A stretch of 64,000 bases of DNA from a virus: positions 31,662-95,661 of the IMG/VR virus record IMGVR_UViG_3300045988_122545. One strand, written 5' to 3'. The position numbers and the translations under genes were made by a program. This document shows, piece after piece, positions 48,135 through 57,524 of this stretch. The notes under the pieces were generated by a model that was not told the origin of the DNA, searched no databases, and saw only the letters and a program-made list of their open reading frames with translations. Numbering within the stretch: the first letter of the stretch is position 1; each line of letters begins with the position of its first letter.

Positions 48135-48263
48135 AATATTGGTTGGGTAATTTTAAGTTATTCTAAATAAAAAGAACAAACACATCGGTCATTGGTTGGG
48201 TAGACCGATTTAACCTTTTAATTAGCACGTTGGTTGGGTTTGTGCAATGGTGCTTGGTTGGGT
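47769..48263 (+). repeat. Array of six same-strand GGTTGGGT octamers (47769, 47873, 48141, 48194, 48232, 48256)
   Basis: Four copies are the extended TTGGTTGGGT in the 300-nt intergenic gap. The last three sit in loops of short hairpins (ATCGGTC/GACCGAT, GCAC/GTGC, GTGC/GCAC). Confidence 0.6.
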
Positions 48264-48434
48264 ATGCACTATCTGCCTCTGATACGTATGCTGTAATTGG
48301 CATATAATAAATGAAATCCTATAGAAGAAGATTAGGATGCGTGTTTCGATACCGACAGAGGCACACAGGTAAATGATTTCATACATGGTTTTAAAGTAAA
48401 TTCATTTTATTAACATTTAAAATCAAAAGAAACA

Positions 48435-48935
48435 ATGAAATCAACAGCAAAAAATATTCTATCAAAACGTGATAACTTAAGTAATGAAATTTCTAAGTAT
48501 TGGAATATCATTTATGTAGAAAACGTAGTTAATCGTAATTATAAACGTAATTATGATTTAAAAGCGTTGTACGAAACTATTTTGGATTTAGCTGAACAAC
48601 GTAGTTTAACTAAATTCAAAGCTTTGTGTATCAATATGGGAATCTTTAAATTCTCAGAAGTACCTATGGATAATATCCAATTAGATATTTTCCGTCTAGC
48701 AGAAATGAAGGAAATTAAAGTAAAGCTAGGAAAGATTCGTACAATTAATCCTAAGTTAAAAGCTGCAAAAGGAAAGAAAGCTTTGAACAAAACAGAAGTT
48801 TTAACTTCTAATTGGATTAAAGCGCGTATTAAAGATATTGACTTAAAGATTACAGAAATTGAAAAGAAGATTTCTGACTTTAATGAATCGCATGAATTAG
48901 ATGAAGAAAAAGCACCAATGTCATTGGCTGCCTAA
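48435..48935 (+). CDS. Hypothetical protein (166 aa)
   Basis: Intact ATG..TAA ORF followed by a terminator. Confidence 0.55.
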   Translation: MKSTAKNILSKRDNLSNEISKYWNIIYVENVVNRNYKRNYDLKALYETILDLAEQRSLTKFKALCINMGIFKFSEVPMDNIQLDIFRLAEMKEIKVKLGKIRTINPKLKAAKGKKALNKTEVLTSNWIKARIKDIDLKITEIEKKISDFNESHELDEEKAPMSLAA

Positions 48936-48952
48936 TCGTGTGTCTATAAAAA

Positions 48953-48973
48953 AGGGGAGTATTCTCCCCTTTT
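48953..48973 (+). terminator. Rho-independent terminator
   Basis: AGGGGAG-TATT-CTCCCCT followed by TTTT. Confidence 0.65.
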
Positions 48974-49000
48974 AATGTTTAATCAATAAACTTTAATATT

Positions 49001-49576
49001 ATGTTTGGACATTATACTTATATCATTACTAAGAGAAATAATAAAATTGTATCTAGAAAAATTTGGTCTTACTCTTGGACAGTAAAAGCAAATTTAAAAC
49101 GTAAACGTTATCACGAAACTAAAAATGGTAAGTCTTATCTAAGATTACCTATCAAAAGTAAAGCGAAACCAAGTAAATTGGAATTGCTTAACGCACGTCC
49201 TTTTAGTGAATATCATTATAAGCTTATTGAACAAGCTTATTCACAAAAGAGTAAATCTATGCAAATTTTAAAAAATTATGCAGAGAACAATAAACATTTA
49301 GTAGACATAGAAAACATGTCTTATAAGCTAAAAGCTTATAAATCAAGCTTAAAGCTTAAAAATACTAAGAATATGTTGTATAGAATAGAAACTTATCATA
49401 CTGATGAAAAACAAAAAATAAAAACTACATCAGTTAAGTACGTTTCTAATTTACCAGAAGTTAATTATTTAGCTAGTCTAAATAGAACATTATCAAAAAA
49501 TTCTAATTATCATCACGTAAGTGTTAAGGATAAAAAAGATAATGTATTAATGATTATGGTAAATTGTGCAGCATAA
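49001..49576 (+). CDS. Hypothetical very basic protein (191 aa)
   Basis: Intact ORF, K/R/Y/N-rich. Confidence 0.5.
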   Translation: MFGHYTYIITKRNNKIVSRKIWSYSWTVKANLKRKRYHETKNGKSYLRLPIKSKAKPSKLELLNARPFSEYHYKLIEQAYSQKSKSMQILKNYAENNKHLVDIENMSYKLKAYKSSLKLKNTKNMLYRIETYHTDEKQKIKTTSVKYVSNLPEVNYLASLNRTLSKNSNYHHVSVKDKKDNVLMIMVNCAA

Positions 49577-49584
49577 ACTTATCG

Positions 49585-49655
49585 ACTTCTGTAGCTTAAC
49601 GGTAAAGCATTATTCTAACTAAATAAGATTATGGGTTCGAATCCCGTCAGAAGTC
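49585..49655 (+). tRNA. tRNA (71 nt) with atypical anticodon loop CTAACTA (nominal anticodon AAC, Val)
   Basis: Acceptor ACTTCTG/CAGAAGT. D arm GCTT-AACGGTA-AAGC. Anticodon arm TTATT-CTAACTA-AATAA. T arm ATGGG-TTCGAAT-CCCGT. U33 is present, but A34 and U37 are unusual. Confidence 0.6.
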
Positions 49656-49671
49656 CTAAATTAGGAATTAT

Positions 49672-51522
49672 ATGAAAATACGTAATAACACAGCATATGT
49701 ATACGATATAGAAGTATTTAAAAATGTATTTCATTGTACACTATTAAATACTGAAACAGAAGAATTAATAAAATTCGAATGCTCTATACGTAAAAATGAA
49801 ATAGAAGAAATGTGTAAATTCTTCTTACAACCAGATATATGTTTAGTTGGATATAATAATATACATTATGATAATCCAATAATAAATTACTGTATTGAAT
49901 ATTTTTCTAATTCTAAATATACATATGATAAAATTTGTATATCTATCTTTAATTTATCAACTATTATTACACAAGACAAAGAGAACATTGATAAATGGAA
50001 AAGATGGAAATATGCGAATAATTTTTATACATTAGATTTACTTACTATGTTATATAGTCAAGCATTAAGAGTATCTTTAAAAGAGATGCAAGTAACTATG
50101 ATGTATAAAAATGTTCAAGAATTCAATTGCAATTGGCAAATTCCTTTAGCAACAACAGAAATAGATTCTATGATAGATTATAATATCAATGATGTTATGT
50201 CTACTTATGAATTACTTAAACGCTGTGAAAAAGATATAAAACTTCGTTTAGATATTGAAGATCAATATAACATTAAATGTCTTAGTAAAGACGGTGTTAA
50301 TATTGGTATGCAAATATTAGCTGAAGAATATATGCGTAAAACAGGTATATCCTGGAATATATTAAAAGATTTACGTTCTCCAGCAGATACTATAAATCTA
50401 AACGAAATTATTCTTCCATTTATAAAGTATGATACAAAAATCCTTCAAGATTTACTTACTGAAATGAAATCATTAACTGTTTCTCCTGGAAGAAAAAGTT
50501 ATGAAAAGAAATTTCTATTAGGAGATAGAGTAATATCAGTAGGAGTAGGAGGAATTCATACTATAAATGAATCAGAAATAATTATTCCAAACGAAAATGA
50601 AATTCTTGTAGATTTAGATGTTGCATCACTATATCCAAGTATGTTACTTAATTTCGATTTTTATCCTAGACATTTAGGAAAAGAATTTAAAGAAGTATAT
50701 GCAGATATTCGAGAAAGACGAATAAAAGCAAAACATGCAAAAGATAAAGTTACAGACGCTACATTAAAATTAGCTTTAAACGGCTTATCGGGAAATTTAC
50801 AAAACGAATTCAGTTGGTGTTATGATCCAAAAGCAGTAATGGGAATTAGAATTAACGGTCAATTACTATTATTAATGTTAACAGAAAAACTGATGACATT
50901 AGGCGTTACACCAATTCAATTAAATACAGATGGTATATTTGTTAAAATGCCTAAATCTGTATATTCTAAAGCAATAAAAATTTGTAAAGAATGGGAAAAT
51001 TTAACTGGTTTAATATTAGAAGAAGATCGATTTAAAGCTTTTTATCAATTGGCTGTTAATGATTATTTTGGAGTATTTGAAAATAATTTAATAAAAGAAA
51101 AAGGATGTTTTATTACATCTGTAATTCAAGGCAAAGGTCTAACTCCAAAAATAATACCAAAAGCAGTTGAAAAATATTTTCTAGAAGGTATTAAACCTGA
51201 AGAATTTATTAAACAACATACAGATATAAAAGATTTTCTAATGTCTGAAAAGACTGGAAAACAATGGACCGTTGAATACAATGGTCAAACTCAACAAAGA
51301 ACAAATCGTTTTTATGCTTCAACCGATGGCTGTTTTCTATATAAATGGAAAATAGATAATGGAGTAAAGAAATATCAAAATATGCTTACAGCATCTGGTG
51401 TTACTTTACTTAATAATTTTGATAATTTAAAAGAAAATCCAAAAATAAATTATCAATATTATATCACTGAAGCAAACAAAATAATAAATCAATTGAAAAC
51501 TAAACAACTATCGTTGTTTTAA
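49672..51522 (+). CDS. polB: Family-B DNA polymerase (616 aa)
   Basis: Exo motifs YDIEVF, GYNNIHYDNPII and YNINDV. Polymerase motif A DVASLYPS, motif B-like KLALNGLSGNL, motif C LNTDGIFV. Confidence 0.8.
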   Translation: MKIRNNTAYVYDIEVFKNVFHCTLLNTETEELIKFECSIRKNEIEEMCKFFLQPDICLVGYNNIHYDNPIINYCIEYFSNSKYTYDKICISIFNLSTIITQDKENIDKWKRWKYANNFYTLDLLTMLYSQALRVSLKEMQVTMMYKNVQEFNCNWQIPLATTEIDSMIDYNINDVMSTYELLKRCEKDIKLRLDIEDQYNIKCLSKDGVNIGMQILAEEYMRKTGISWNILKDLRSPADTINLNEIILPFIKYDTKILQDLLTEMKSLTVSPGRKSYEKKFLLGDRVISVGVGGIHTINESEIIIPNENEILVDLDVASLYPSMLLNFDFYPRHLGKEFKEVYADIRERRIKAKHAKDKVTDATLKLALNGLSGNLQNEFSWCYDPKAVMGIRINGQLLLLMLTEKLMTLGVTPIQLNTDGIFVKMPKSVYSKAIKICKEWENLTGLILEEDRFKAFYQLAVNDYFGVFENNLIKEKGCFITSVIQGKGLTPKIIPKAVEKYFLEGIKPEEFIKQHTDIKDFLMSEKTGKQWTVEYNGQTQQRTNRFYASTDGCFLYKWKIDNGVKKYQNMLTASGVTLLNNFDNLKENPKINYQYYITEANKIINQLKTKQLSLF

Positions 51523-51574
51523 CAGAAAATATCAGTTGTATCATATTTTGATAGTTGTAAGTAAATTTATACTT

Positions 51575-52135
51575 ATGATATTAGAATTAGATACATCACT
51601 ATTCAATATAGGGGAAATATCAATTAATCAACTAGTATTTTTAACTTTGTGTTTGAACGAAAAGCATCAAGCGAATCATCAAGACGTTCACCAGTTTCTC
51701 AGCCGAATTAGTGAAACAGAAATACAAAGTTTAATCGACCAAAATCTTGTCTCTTATACTACTGAAGATGACAATAAAATTTATAAACCTACTGAAAAAC
51801 TATTATCTTTTACTAAAAATAAGAGTGATTGGTTTGATGAGTTTTATGAAGTATTTCCAGTGTATGTTACTAGACCAGACGGTACTAAAGGTTTTTTACG
51901 TTCAAATCTAAACAAATGTCGTAAAGAATACAATAGAATCATAGGAAAATCTAGAGCAATGCACGAACATCTTTTAAATTGTCTTAATTGGGAAATCAAT
52001 AATAAAATGATGACCGGTAAATTAGGATATATGAAAACGATGTGGAAATGGCTCACTCAACAAGAGTGGGAGAGCTTGGAAGAACAAATGCAATATGAAC
52101 AGGAAGGAGGATCTTATGGATACCAACTCCGTTAA
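51575..52135 (+). CDS. Hypothetical replication-module protein (186 aa)
   Basis: ATG 51575 is in frame within track ORF 51536..52135 (the track start is a TTG). Lies between polB and the helicase. Confidence 0.5.
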   Translation: MILELDTSLFNIGEISINQLVFLTLCLNEKHQANHQDVHQFLSRISETEIQSLIDQNLVSYTTEDDNKIYKPTEKLLSFTKNKSDWFDEFYEVFPVYVTRPDGTKGFLRSNLNKCRKEYNRIIGKSRAMHEHLLNCLNWEINNKMMTGKLGYMKTMWKWLTQQEWESLEEQMQYEQEGGSYGYQLR

Positions 52136-53075
52136 ACCAATTATTGGTAAATCTATTGCAGAAGTAAGCAAAGAAACTATATCATATATCAATGCAAGAA
52201 GAAAGCATGAAATTATTTCATTAAAAACAAGATGGAATAAATTTAATGATGTATGTTTTATTGAACCTAATATGATTTATACCATAGCAGGTACTTCTGG
52301 AACAGGTAAAAGTGCATTTGTAAATACGATAACAAATGATTTAATTGATCTTAATCCAACTCAGGAGATAGTTATTCTAAATTTATCTTTTGAAATGTTA
52401 AGCTATAGAAACGTTGGTAGATTACTTAGTAATAAACTAAGAATGACAACTAACGAACTATATAGTGCTAATAAAGATATTTCAGAAGAAGAATTTCAAC
52501 AGATAGAACAAACGGCAAAAGCTCTATCAAATAAAGAAATCTATTATGTAGATACTCCTTTAGATGTTGAAAAAATAGAAGAAACTATTAAGTATTATAA
52601 AGAACATATTGCTACTGGAAACAAATGGTTAATAGTTGTGCTAGATCATACTCTATTAGTCGAAGGAGATGGTAGTGAAAGATCAATATTAGTTGATTTA
52701 CAGAAAATGTTTATACGAATGAAAAAATTACATAAAACTAGTATAATACAAATTTCACAGATGAATCGTAATATTGAAACCCCTGAAAGAATTAATAACC
52801 CTGTAACTCACTTCCCAATGCGAAGTGATTTATCAGCTTCTGATGCAATATTTCAAGCAAGCGATTACGTAATGGCTCTACATAGACCAGAAATTTTAAA
52901 TTTGGCTTTCTATGGAGTAAATCGTTTACCTGTAAAAAACAAAGTCTATCTTCATCTCTTAAAAGTAAGAGAAGGAGAACCATGTATAATTCCATTTGAA
53001 AGTGAATTAAAATACGGTAACTTGATTGAAACTAGTTTAGAAGCAAACCAAACAAAAGTAGTATTTAACAAATAA
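52095..53075 (+). CDS. DnaB-like replicative helicase (RecA-type C-terminal domain)
   Basis: Walker A AGTSGTGKSAF. Walker B VVLDHTLL. SQMNR arginine-finger region. Confidence 0.7.
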   Translation: MNRKEDLMDTNSVKPIIGKSIAEVSKETISYINARRKHEIISLKTRWNKFNDVCFIEPNMIYTIAGTSGTGKSAFVNTITNDLIDLNPTQEIVILNLSFEMLSYRNVGRLLSNKLRMTTNELYSANKDISEEEFQQIEQTAKALSNKEIYYVDTPLDVEKIEETIKYYKEHIATGNKWLIVVLDHTLLVEGDGSERSILVDLQKMFIRMKKLHKTSIIQISQMNRNIETPERINNPVTHFPMRSDLSASDAIFQASDYVMALHRPEILNLAFYGVNRLPVKNKVYLHLLKVREGEPCIIPFESELKYGNLIETSLEANQTKVVFNK

Positions 53076-53090
53076 AAAAGGCTGAAAATT

Positions 53091-53654
53091 ATGAAACGTT
53101 TTACTATAGGACTCCCGAATTTTAGTATTGATAACAAAGGTACATTCAAAAGTAAGATTTTGAATAAAGTTGCAGAACAATTTCCATTCTTTAATTGGAA
53201 TAAGAACAATGATGAACCAGTATATAATATTGAACATGCTGGTCCGAGTGATCGTTTAGTATTCGAAATTGGAAACTTCGATGAAAAACCACAGTTCTAT
53301 GCATTTAACCGTCGATTCTGGAATCCGATTAAAACAAATCCGTTGTATTATAACGGTAAGAAGTTAACCGAAGTTGAACATTATTCTATTGCAGACTTGC
53401 ATCGTGCGATGTATAAGTTGCATAAATATGCAGAGGCATATAATGATTATCTGAAGGATCCTGGTTACGATTATGTAACAGAATACGGAGAACCTGTTCG
53501 TATTTATCAGAATTTCATTCAGATTGGGGATCATATTATTCCGTTTAAGGGATATAACACATATTTCCTAAATCCGACAAAAACCGTTAAGAAAGATATT
53601 AACATTATTATGAATATTGTTAACAATATTGAAATTAACAATATCGCAGCATAA
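53091..53654 (+). CDS. Hypothetical protein (187 aa)
   Basis: Intact ATG..TAA ORF. Confidence 0.55.
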   Translation: MKRFTIGLPNFSIDNKGTFKSKILNKVAEQFPFFNWNKNNDEPVYNIEHAGPSDRLVFEIGNFDEKPQFYAFNRRFWNPIKTNPLYYNGKKLTEVEHYSIADLHRAMYKLHKYAEAYNDYLKDPGYDYVTEYGEPVRIYQNFIQIGDHIIPFKGYNTYFLNPTKTVKKDINIIMNIVNNIEINNIAA

Positions 53655-53734
53655 ACGTTTAATTTTTCTTTACTAACAATACCAGAAAATATCAGAAAAT
53701 ATCAGACTTTAGTAAAGTATTAGAATTTTTTATT

Positions 53735-54478
53735 ATGATAATACTACCTAAAGAAAAAACAATTCCGGTAAAAAATTCCATGAGATTTGTAATCTTCTTT
53801 GGAAAACCGAAAGCAGGTAAATCAAGTGCTATGGCTGCACTCGAAAATAACCTTATCATCGATCTTGAAGATGGATATAAAGGATTATCTGCGTTAGTTG
53901 TTCAAGCAAGAAATATAAATGACTTTGGAGACATTTGTAGAGCGCTACAAGAAGAAATTAAAAACAATGATGGTAAATATCCTTATAAGTATATTACTAT
54001 TGATAATGCAACCAGATTGGAAGAAATGTGTATGGGATACGCAATTACCCTATACAGGCAGACTACAATGGGAAAAAATTATCAAGGTACAGACATCAGA
54101 ACCTTACCAAACGGTTCAGGATACTTATACATTCGTCAAGCAGTTAAAAAAGTAATTGATATGTTTAGAGGTCTATGTGAAACTTTAATATTAGTAGCAC
54201 ATACGAAAGATAAACAAATTAACTTTGAAGGTCAGGAAGTTAACGAAATGACTCTTGACCTAACTGGACGATTAGGTGATATACTTTGTGGAGAAGCTGA
54301 TGCAATTGGATATGTCTATCGTAAAAAGAATGAAACTATCATATCTTTTGAAGGTGGAGAAAATTCAGTTCGTGAAGCAAGACCAATACATTTACGTGGT
54401 CAAAAAATTGTAATTGCAGAAAGCGATGAAAATAACAATCTTACTTTTCATTGGAATAAAATATTTTTACCAGAATAA
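53735..54478 (+). CDS. Sak4-like / AAA_24-type RecA-fold ATPase (recombination mediator)
   Basis: Walker A FFGKPKAGKSS. ITIDNATRLEE. LILVAHTKD. Confidence 0.6.
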   Translation: MIILPKEKTIPVKNSMRFVIFFGKPKAGKSSAMAALENNLIIDLEDGYKGLSALVVQARNINDFGDICRALQEEIKNNDGKYPYKYITIDNATRLEEMCMGYAITLYRQTTMGKNYQGTDIRTLPNGSGYLYIRQAVKKVIDMFRGLCETLILVAHTKDKQINFEGQEVNEMTLDLTGRLGDILCGEADAIGYVYRKKNETIISFEGGENSVREARPIHLRGQKIVIAESDENNNLTFHWNKIFLPE

Positions 54479-54502
54479 TAACCTTAAACAAAATAAACAA
54501 TT

Positions 54503-55120
54503 ATGGGATACAGTAAAGAAAAAGCCGTTAAAATTGAAGATTTTAAGTCAGCATATATGCCTGCAGGTATTAATGAAAATTGCGTATTGAAAGAAGCAGT
54601 ATTGAAAGAATCACCTACAGGTAAACCTATTCTCGAAATTACTTTTGAAAACGAAGAAAGTCAAACAGTACATCATACTGAATGGGAACCTAAAATGGCA
54701 GTTTGGATGAAGTCTCAAGAAGATCTTGAAGATTCAATGAATAAGCAATATAAGCGTATGTTGCAAATCCTATTATGCTATTATAAGGATGAAGAAATCG
54801 ATTTTAATGGTGATAATTTCCGTGAATTTGCAAAATATATTGTAGATAAACTGGAAAATGCTGATAAAACATTGAAAGTACGTCTAAAAGTCGTATATAA
54901 CAAAGACGGATATACAACATTGCCAAATTCAGTAAGTCGTAAATTTATTGAGCCAATGTCTATATCTAAGGAAGATAGCGAAATTAAAATCGATCCTAAA
55001 TATGATATCATCATTAGACCTATTATTGCTAATAAAGAAACAGTAGTAAATAACCCTTTTAGTTCTGAAAACGTAACTACTACTCAGAACGTAAATCCTA
55101 GCGATGATTTACCATTTTAA
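54503..55120 (+). CDS. ssb: Single-stranded DNA-binding protein (T7 gp2.5-like class)
   Basis: Acidic C-terminal tip ...NPSDDLPF. Lies next to the Sak4-like ATPase. Confidence 0.5.
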   Translation: MGYSKEKAVKIEDFKSAYMPAGINENCVLKEAVLKESPTGKPILEITFENEESQTVHHTEWEPKMAVWMKSQEDLEDSMNKQYKRMLQILLCYYKDEEIDFNGDNFREFAKYIVDKLENADKTLKVRLKVVYNKDGYTTLPNSVSRKFIEPMSISKEDSEIKIDPKYDIIIRPIIANKETVVNNPFSSENVTTTQNVNPSDDLPF

Positions 55121-55168
55121 ACAGAACGTTAACTAAAAGCCTACATCAGGCGTAGTATGATGATACGA

Positions 55169-55206
55169 GGAGTATATCGATTATATTCGAATACTCCCCG
55201 TTTTTT
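55169..55206 (+). terminator. Rho-independent terminator
   Basis: GGAGTAT-(15 nt)-ATACTCC, then CCG and T6. Confidence 0.6.
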
Positions 55207-55214
55207 ATCTCATT

Positions 55215-55478
55215 ATGAAATCAGAATTTAATGTTGGAGATAAAGTAAAAGTAATAAAAAGTATTTGTGGTTATTGCAATTTTAAAGCTATAATAAAAAA
55301 AGTAGATAATCCTAATGGTTATCGACCATATTATTGTCATATATTAGATAATGAAAATAATGTAATAGATAATTTATGGCTTTCAAAAGAAGATTTAATA
55401 CCATTAAAAAATTCTGAAAAATATTTTACAATCTCCATAAGAAAACATAAACGAATTCATTTATCGTTTATAATATAA
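55215..55478 (+). CDS. Small protein, tandem paralog 1 (87 aa)
   Basis: Shares (F/K).(V/I)GD.V......(Y/C)..(Y/F)........V and the C-terminus EKYFTISIRKHKRIHLSF with the next gene. Confidence 0.55.
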   Translation: MKSEFNVGDKVKVIKSICGYCNFKAIIKKVDNPNGYRPYYCHILDNENNVIDNLWLSKEDLIPLKNSEKYFTISIRKHKRIHLSFII

Positions 55479-55496
55479 TTCATATTTTAATAAAAT

Positions 55497-55778
55497 ATGG
55501 AACCAAAATTTAAAATAGGAGATGAAGTAATATGCAAAAAGCATTATTTTGAATATTATAATAAGCATTTAAAAATAATAGATGTAGGACATTATTGGAA
55601 TTATAAAGGTGATCTTACATATTCTTATTGTTGTGAAGTATTAAAAAATTTAGATAATAAAAATACTATAATCTGGTTAAACGAATCAGAATTACAACCA
55701 ACTAAAAAATTGCAAAAAGAATATTTTACAATCTCCTTAAAAAAACACAAACGTATTAATTTAAAATTTACACTATGA
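55497..55778 (+). CDS. Small protein, tandem paralog 2 (93 aa)
   Basis: C-terminus KEYFTISLKKHKRINLKF. See the previous gene. Confidence 0.55.
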   Translation: MEPKFKIGDEVICKKHYFEYYNKHLKIIDVGHYWNYKGDLTYSYCCEVLKNLDNKNTIIWLNESELQPTKKLQKEYFTISLKKHKRINLKFTL

Positions 55779-56095
55779 AATTAAGTCGATTATTAGGATA
55801 TCTTAAAGGTAAACTTACAGAAATAATGATGACAACTCGTGAAAGAAAAATTAAAGCTGCATTGGAATCAGCTAAAGTAAACGCTGAAGAAGAAAAAGTA
55901 AATGCAGAATTAAAACTTGAAGAATTGTCTCAACAACTCGCAACAACTGATAATGTAACAGATATTATTGAACGGATGTCTAACGCATTTGATGATAAGA
56001 AAGACGCAGAGCTTAAATTAGAACGTATTGAACAAATCAAAAATTATCTTGAAGAAGAAGTAGAGATAGAAGAAGAAACTAAGGCTGCAACATAA
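55775..56095 (+). CDS. Hypothetical coiled-coil protein (106 aa)
   Basis: ATGA overlap with the previous gene. E/K-rich heptads. Confidence 0.5.
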   Translation: MKLSRLLGYLKGKLTEIMMTTRERKIKAALESAKVNAEEEKVNAELKLEELSQQLATTDNVTDIIERMSNAFDDKKDAELKLERIEQIKNYLEEEVEIEEETKAAT

Positions 56096-56193
56096 TACAG
56101 CCACATGGACTAATAAAGCGATATTGATAGAACTTGAAATATAGTGTGAGAGGGAGTCGCGTCCCTCTAGTCCACAAACCAAATTATTTAGTC

Positions 56194-57162
56194 ATGTACT
56201 CGCGAGAACAAACTAAACAACCAGAAATTACATTAGATTGGATACTATCTAAAGTAACAGAGTATGAAATATATGCTAAATATATTGGAGAATTCAAAGT
56301 TGGAATGATTTATAATAGTCCTTTTAGAAAAGATAAAAATCCATCATTCGGTATTTTTTATAGTAAAAGAACACATCAATTACTATTTAAAGACCATGGT
56401 ACAGGAGAATGTGGTAATATAATTAAATTTGTACAATTATATACTGGTAAAACAGAATATAAAGATATATTAAAAGATATAGTCAGCAGATTAAATATTA
56501 CAAATAACACAAAATTAGATCATTCTAAAGAATATAAACAACCAACAGAGACAATTATAGGTGTTGTAAGACAAGATTTTACAGAAGCCGATAAACAATA
56601 TTGGTCGCAATTTAATATTGACTTAGAAACACTTAAAAAGTACGACGTAAATAGTATTAAATACTATCTATGTAACGGTATTGTAAAAGGTATTTATAAA
56701 CCTGAAAATCCAATGTATGCATATAAAGTTTATAATAATTTTAAAATATATAGACCCTTAGCAGATAAGTATCATAAATGGAGAAATAATTTAACAGAAT
56801 ACGATATCCAAGGTTATAAACAATTACCAGAAAAAGGTGATGTCTTAATCATAACAAAATCTTTAAAAGATGTTATGTGTTTATATAAAATGGGTATACC
56901 TGCAATTTCTCCAGCATCAGAAAGTACATTTATTCCTAACATAGCTCTAGAAGAGCTTAAGAAGCGTTTTAAACGTATTATTATACTTTTTGATAGAGAT
57001 AAAGCTGGTTGTAAATATCTTCGTAAAATAAGCCAAGAAACAGGCTTAGAACCGATGTTAATCCATAAAAAATTTCAAGCAAAAGATATATCTGATGCTA
57101 TTAAATTAAATGGATTTGAAACAATAAAAAATTGGATTAAAAAAGAAATACAAAAAATATGA
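56194..57162 (+). CDS. DnaG-type primase (TOPRIM) with a degenerate zinc ribbon
   Basis: SPFRKDKNPSFGIF.......LFKDHGTGECGNIIKFV parallels CPFH.EKTPSF.V......F.CFGCG..GD.I.F. TOPRIM-like IITKSLKDV...ILFDRDKAG. ATG 56194 is in frame within track ORF 56134..57162. Confidence 0.65.
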   Translation: MYSREQTKQPEITLDWILSKVTEYEIYAKYIGEFKVGMIYNSPFRKDKNPSFGIFYSKRTHQLLFKDHGTGECGNIIKFVQLYTGKTEYKDILKDIVSRLNITNNTKLDHSKEYKQPTETIIGVVRQDFTEADKQYWSQFNIDLETLKKYDVNSIKYYLCNGIVKGIYKPENPMYAYKVYNNFKIYRPLADKYHKWRNNLTEYDIQGYKQLPEKGDVLIITKSLKDVMCLYKMGIPAISPASESTFIPNIALEELKKRFKRIIILFDRDKAGCKYLRKISQETGLEPMLIHKKFQAKDISDAIKLNGFETIKNWIKKEIQKI

Positions 57163-57524
57163 AAAAACTATTAGACTTAGGAAAATCCTTTTTAAAAGGA
57201 TTTATTTCAATACTTCGAATATTTATGTATTTGATAACTATTATTTTTCTATTACCAGCTACATTGATTACAACAATCGATAAAATATGTTCTGGAGAAT
57301 GGAATGAAGTAAAGTTAAGACATAAATTTTTAAAAGAAGCAGTAAAATTTATTTTTAATAATATTGATAATCCAATATTAATTACAAATATAACTGAATT
57401 AAAATCTACTAAAACAGTAGAAGGACAAACAGAAACAAATATACTAAGCTATGTTAAAATAGGACCATTCGGTAGCAAAAAAGAAACAACTCTTAACTAC
57501 GAAAACAAAATCGAAGAAGAGTAA
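57159..57524 (+). CDS. Membrane protein (121 aa)
   Basis: ATGA overlap with the primase stop. One long hydrophobic helix. Confidence 0.5.
   Translation: MKKLLDLGKSFLKGFISILRIFMYLITIIFLLPATLITTIDKICSGEWNEVKLRHKFLKEAVKFIFNNIDNPILITNITELKSTKTVEGQTETNILSYVKIGPFGSKKETTLNYENKIEEE

Noticed and set aside
47769-48263. CRISPR array
   Set aside because: The repeats are only 8-10 nt with irregular 14-260-nt spacing, and no cas genes are present. Nothing else in the window has CRISPR-like periodicity.
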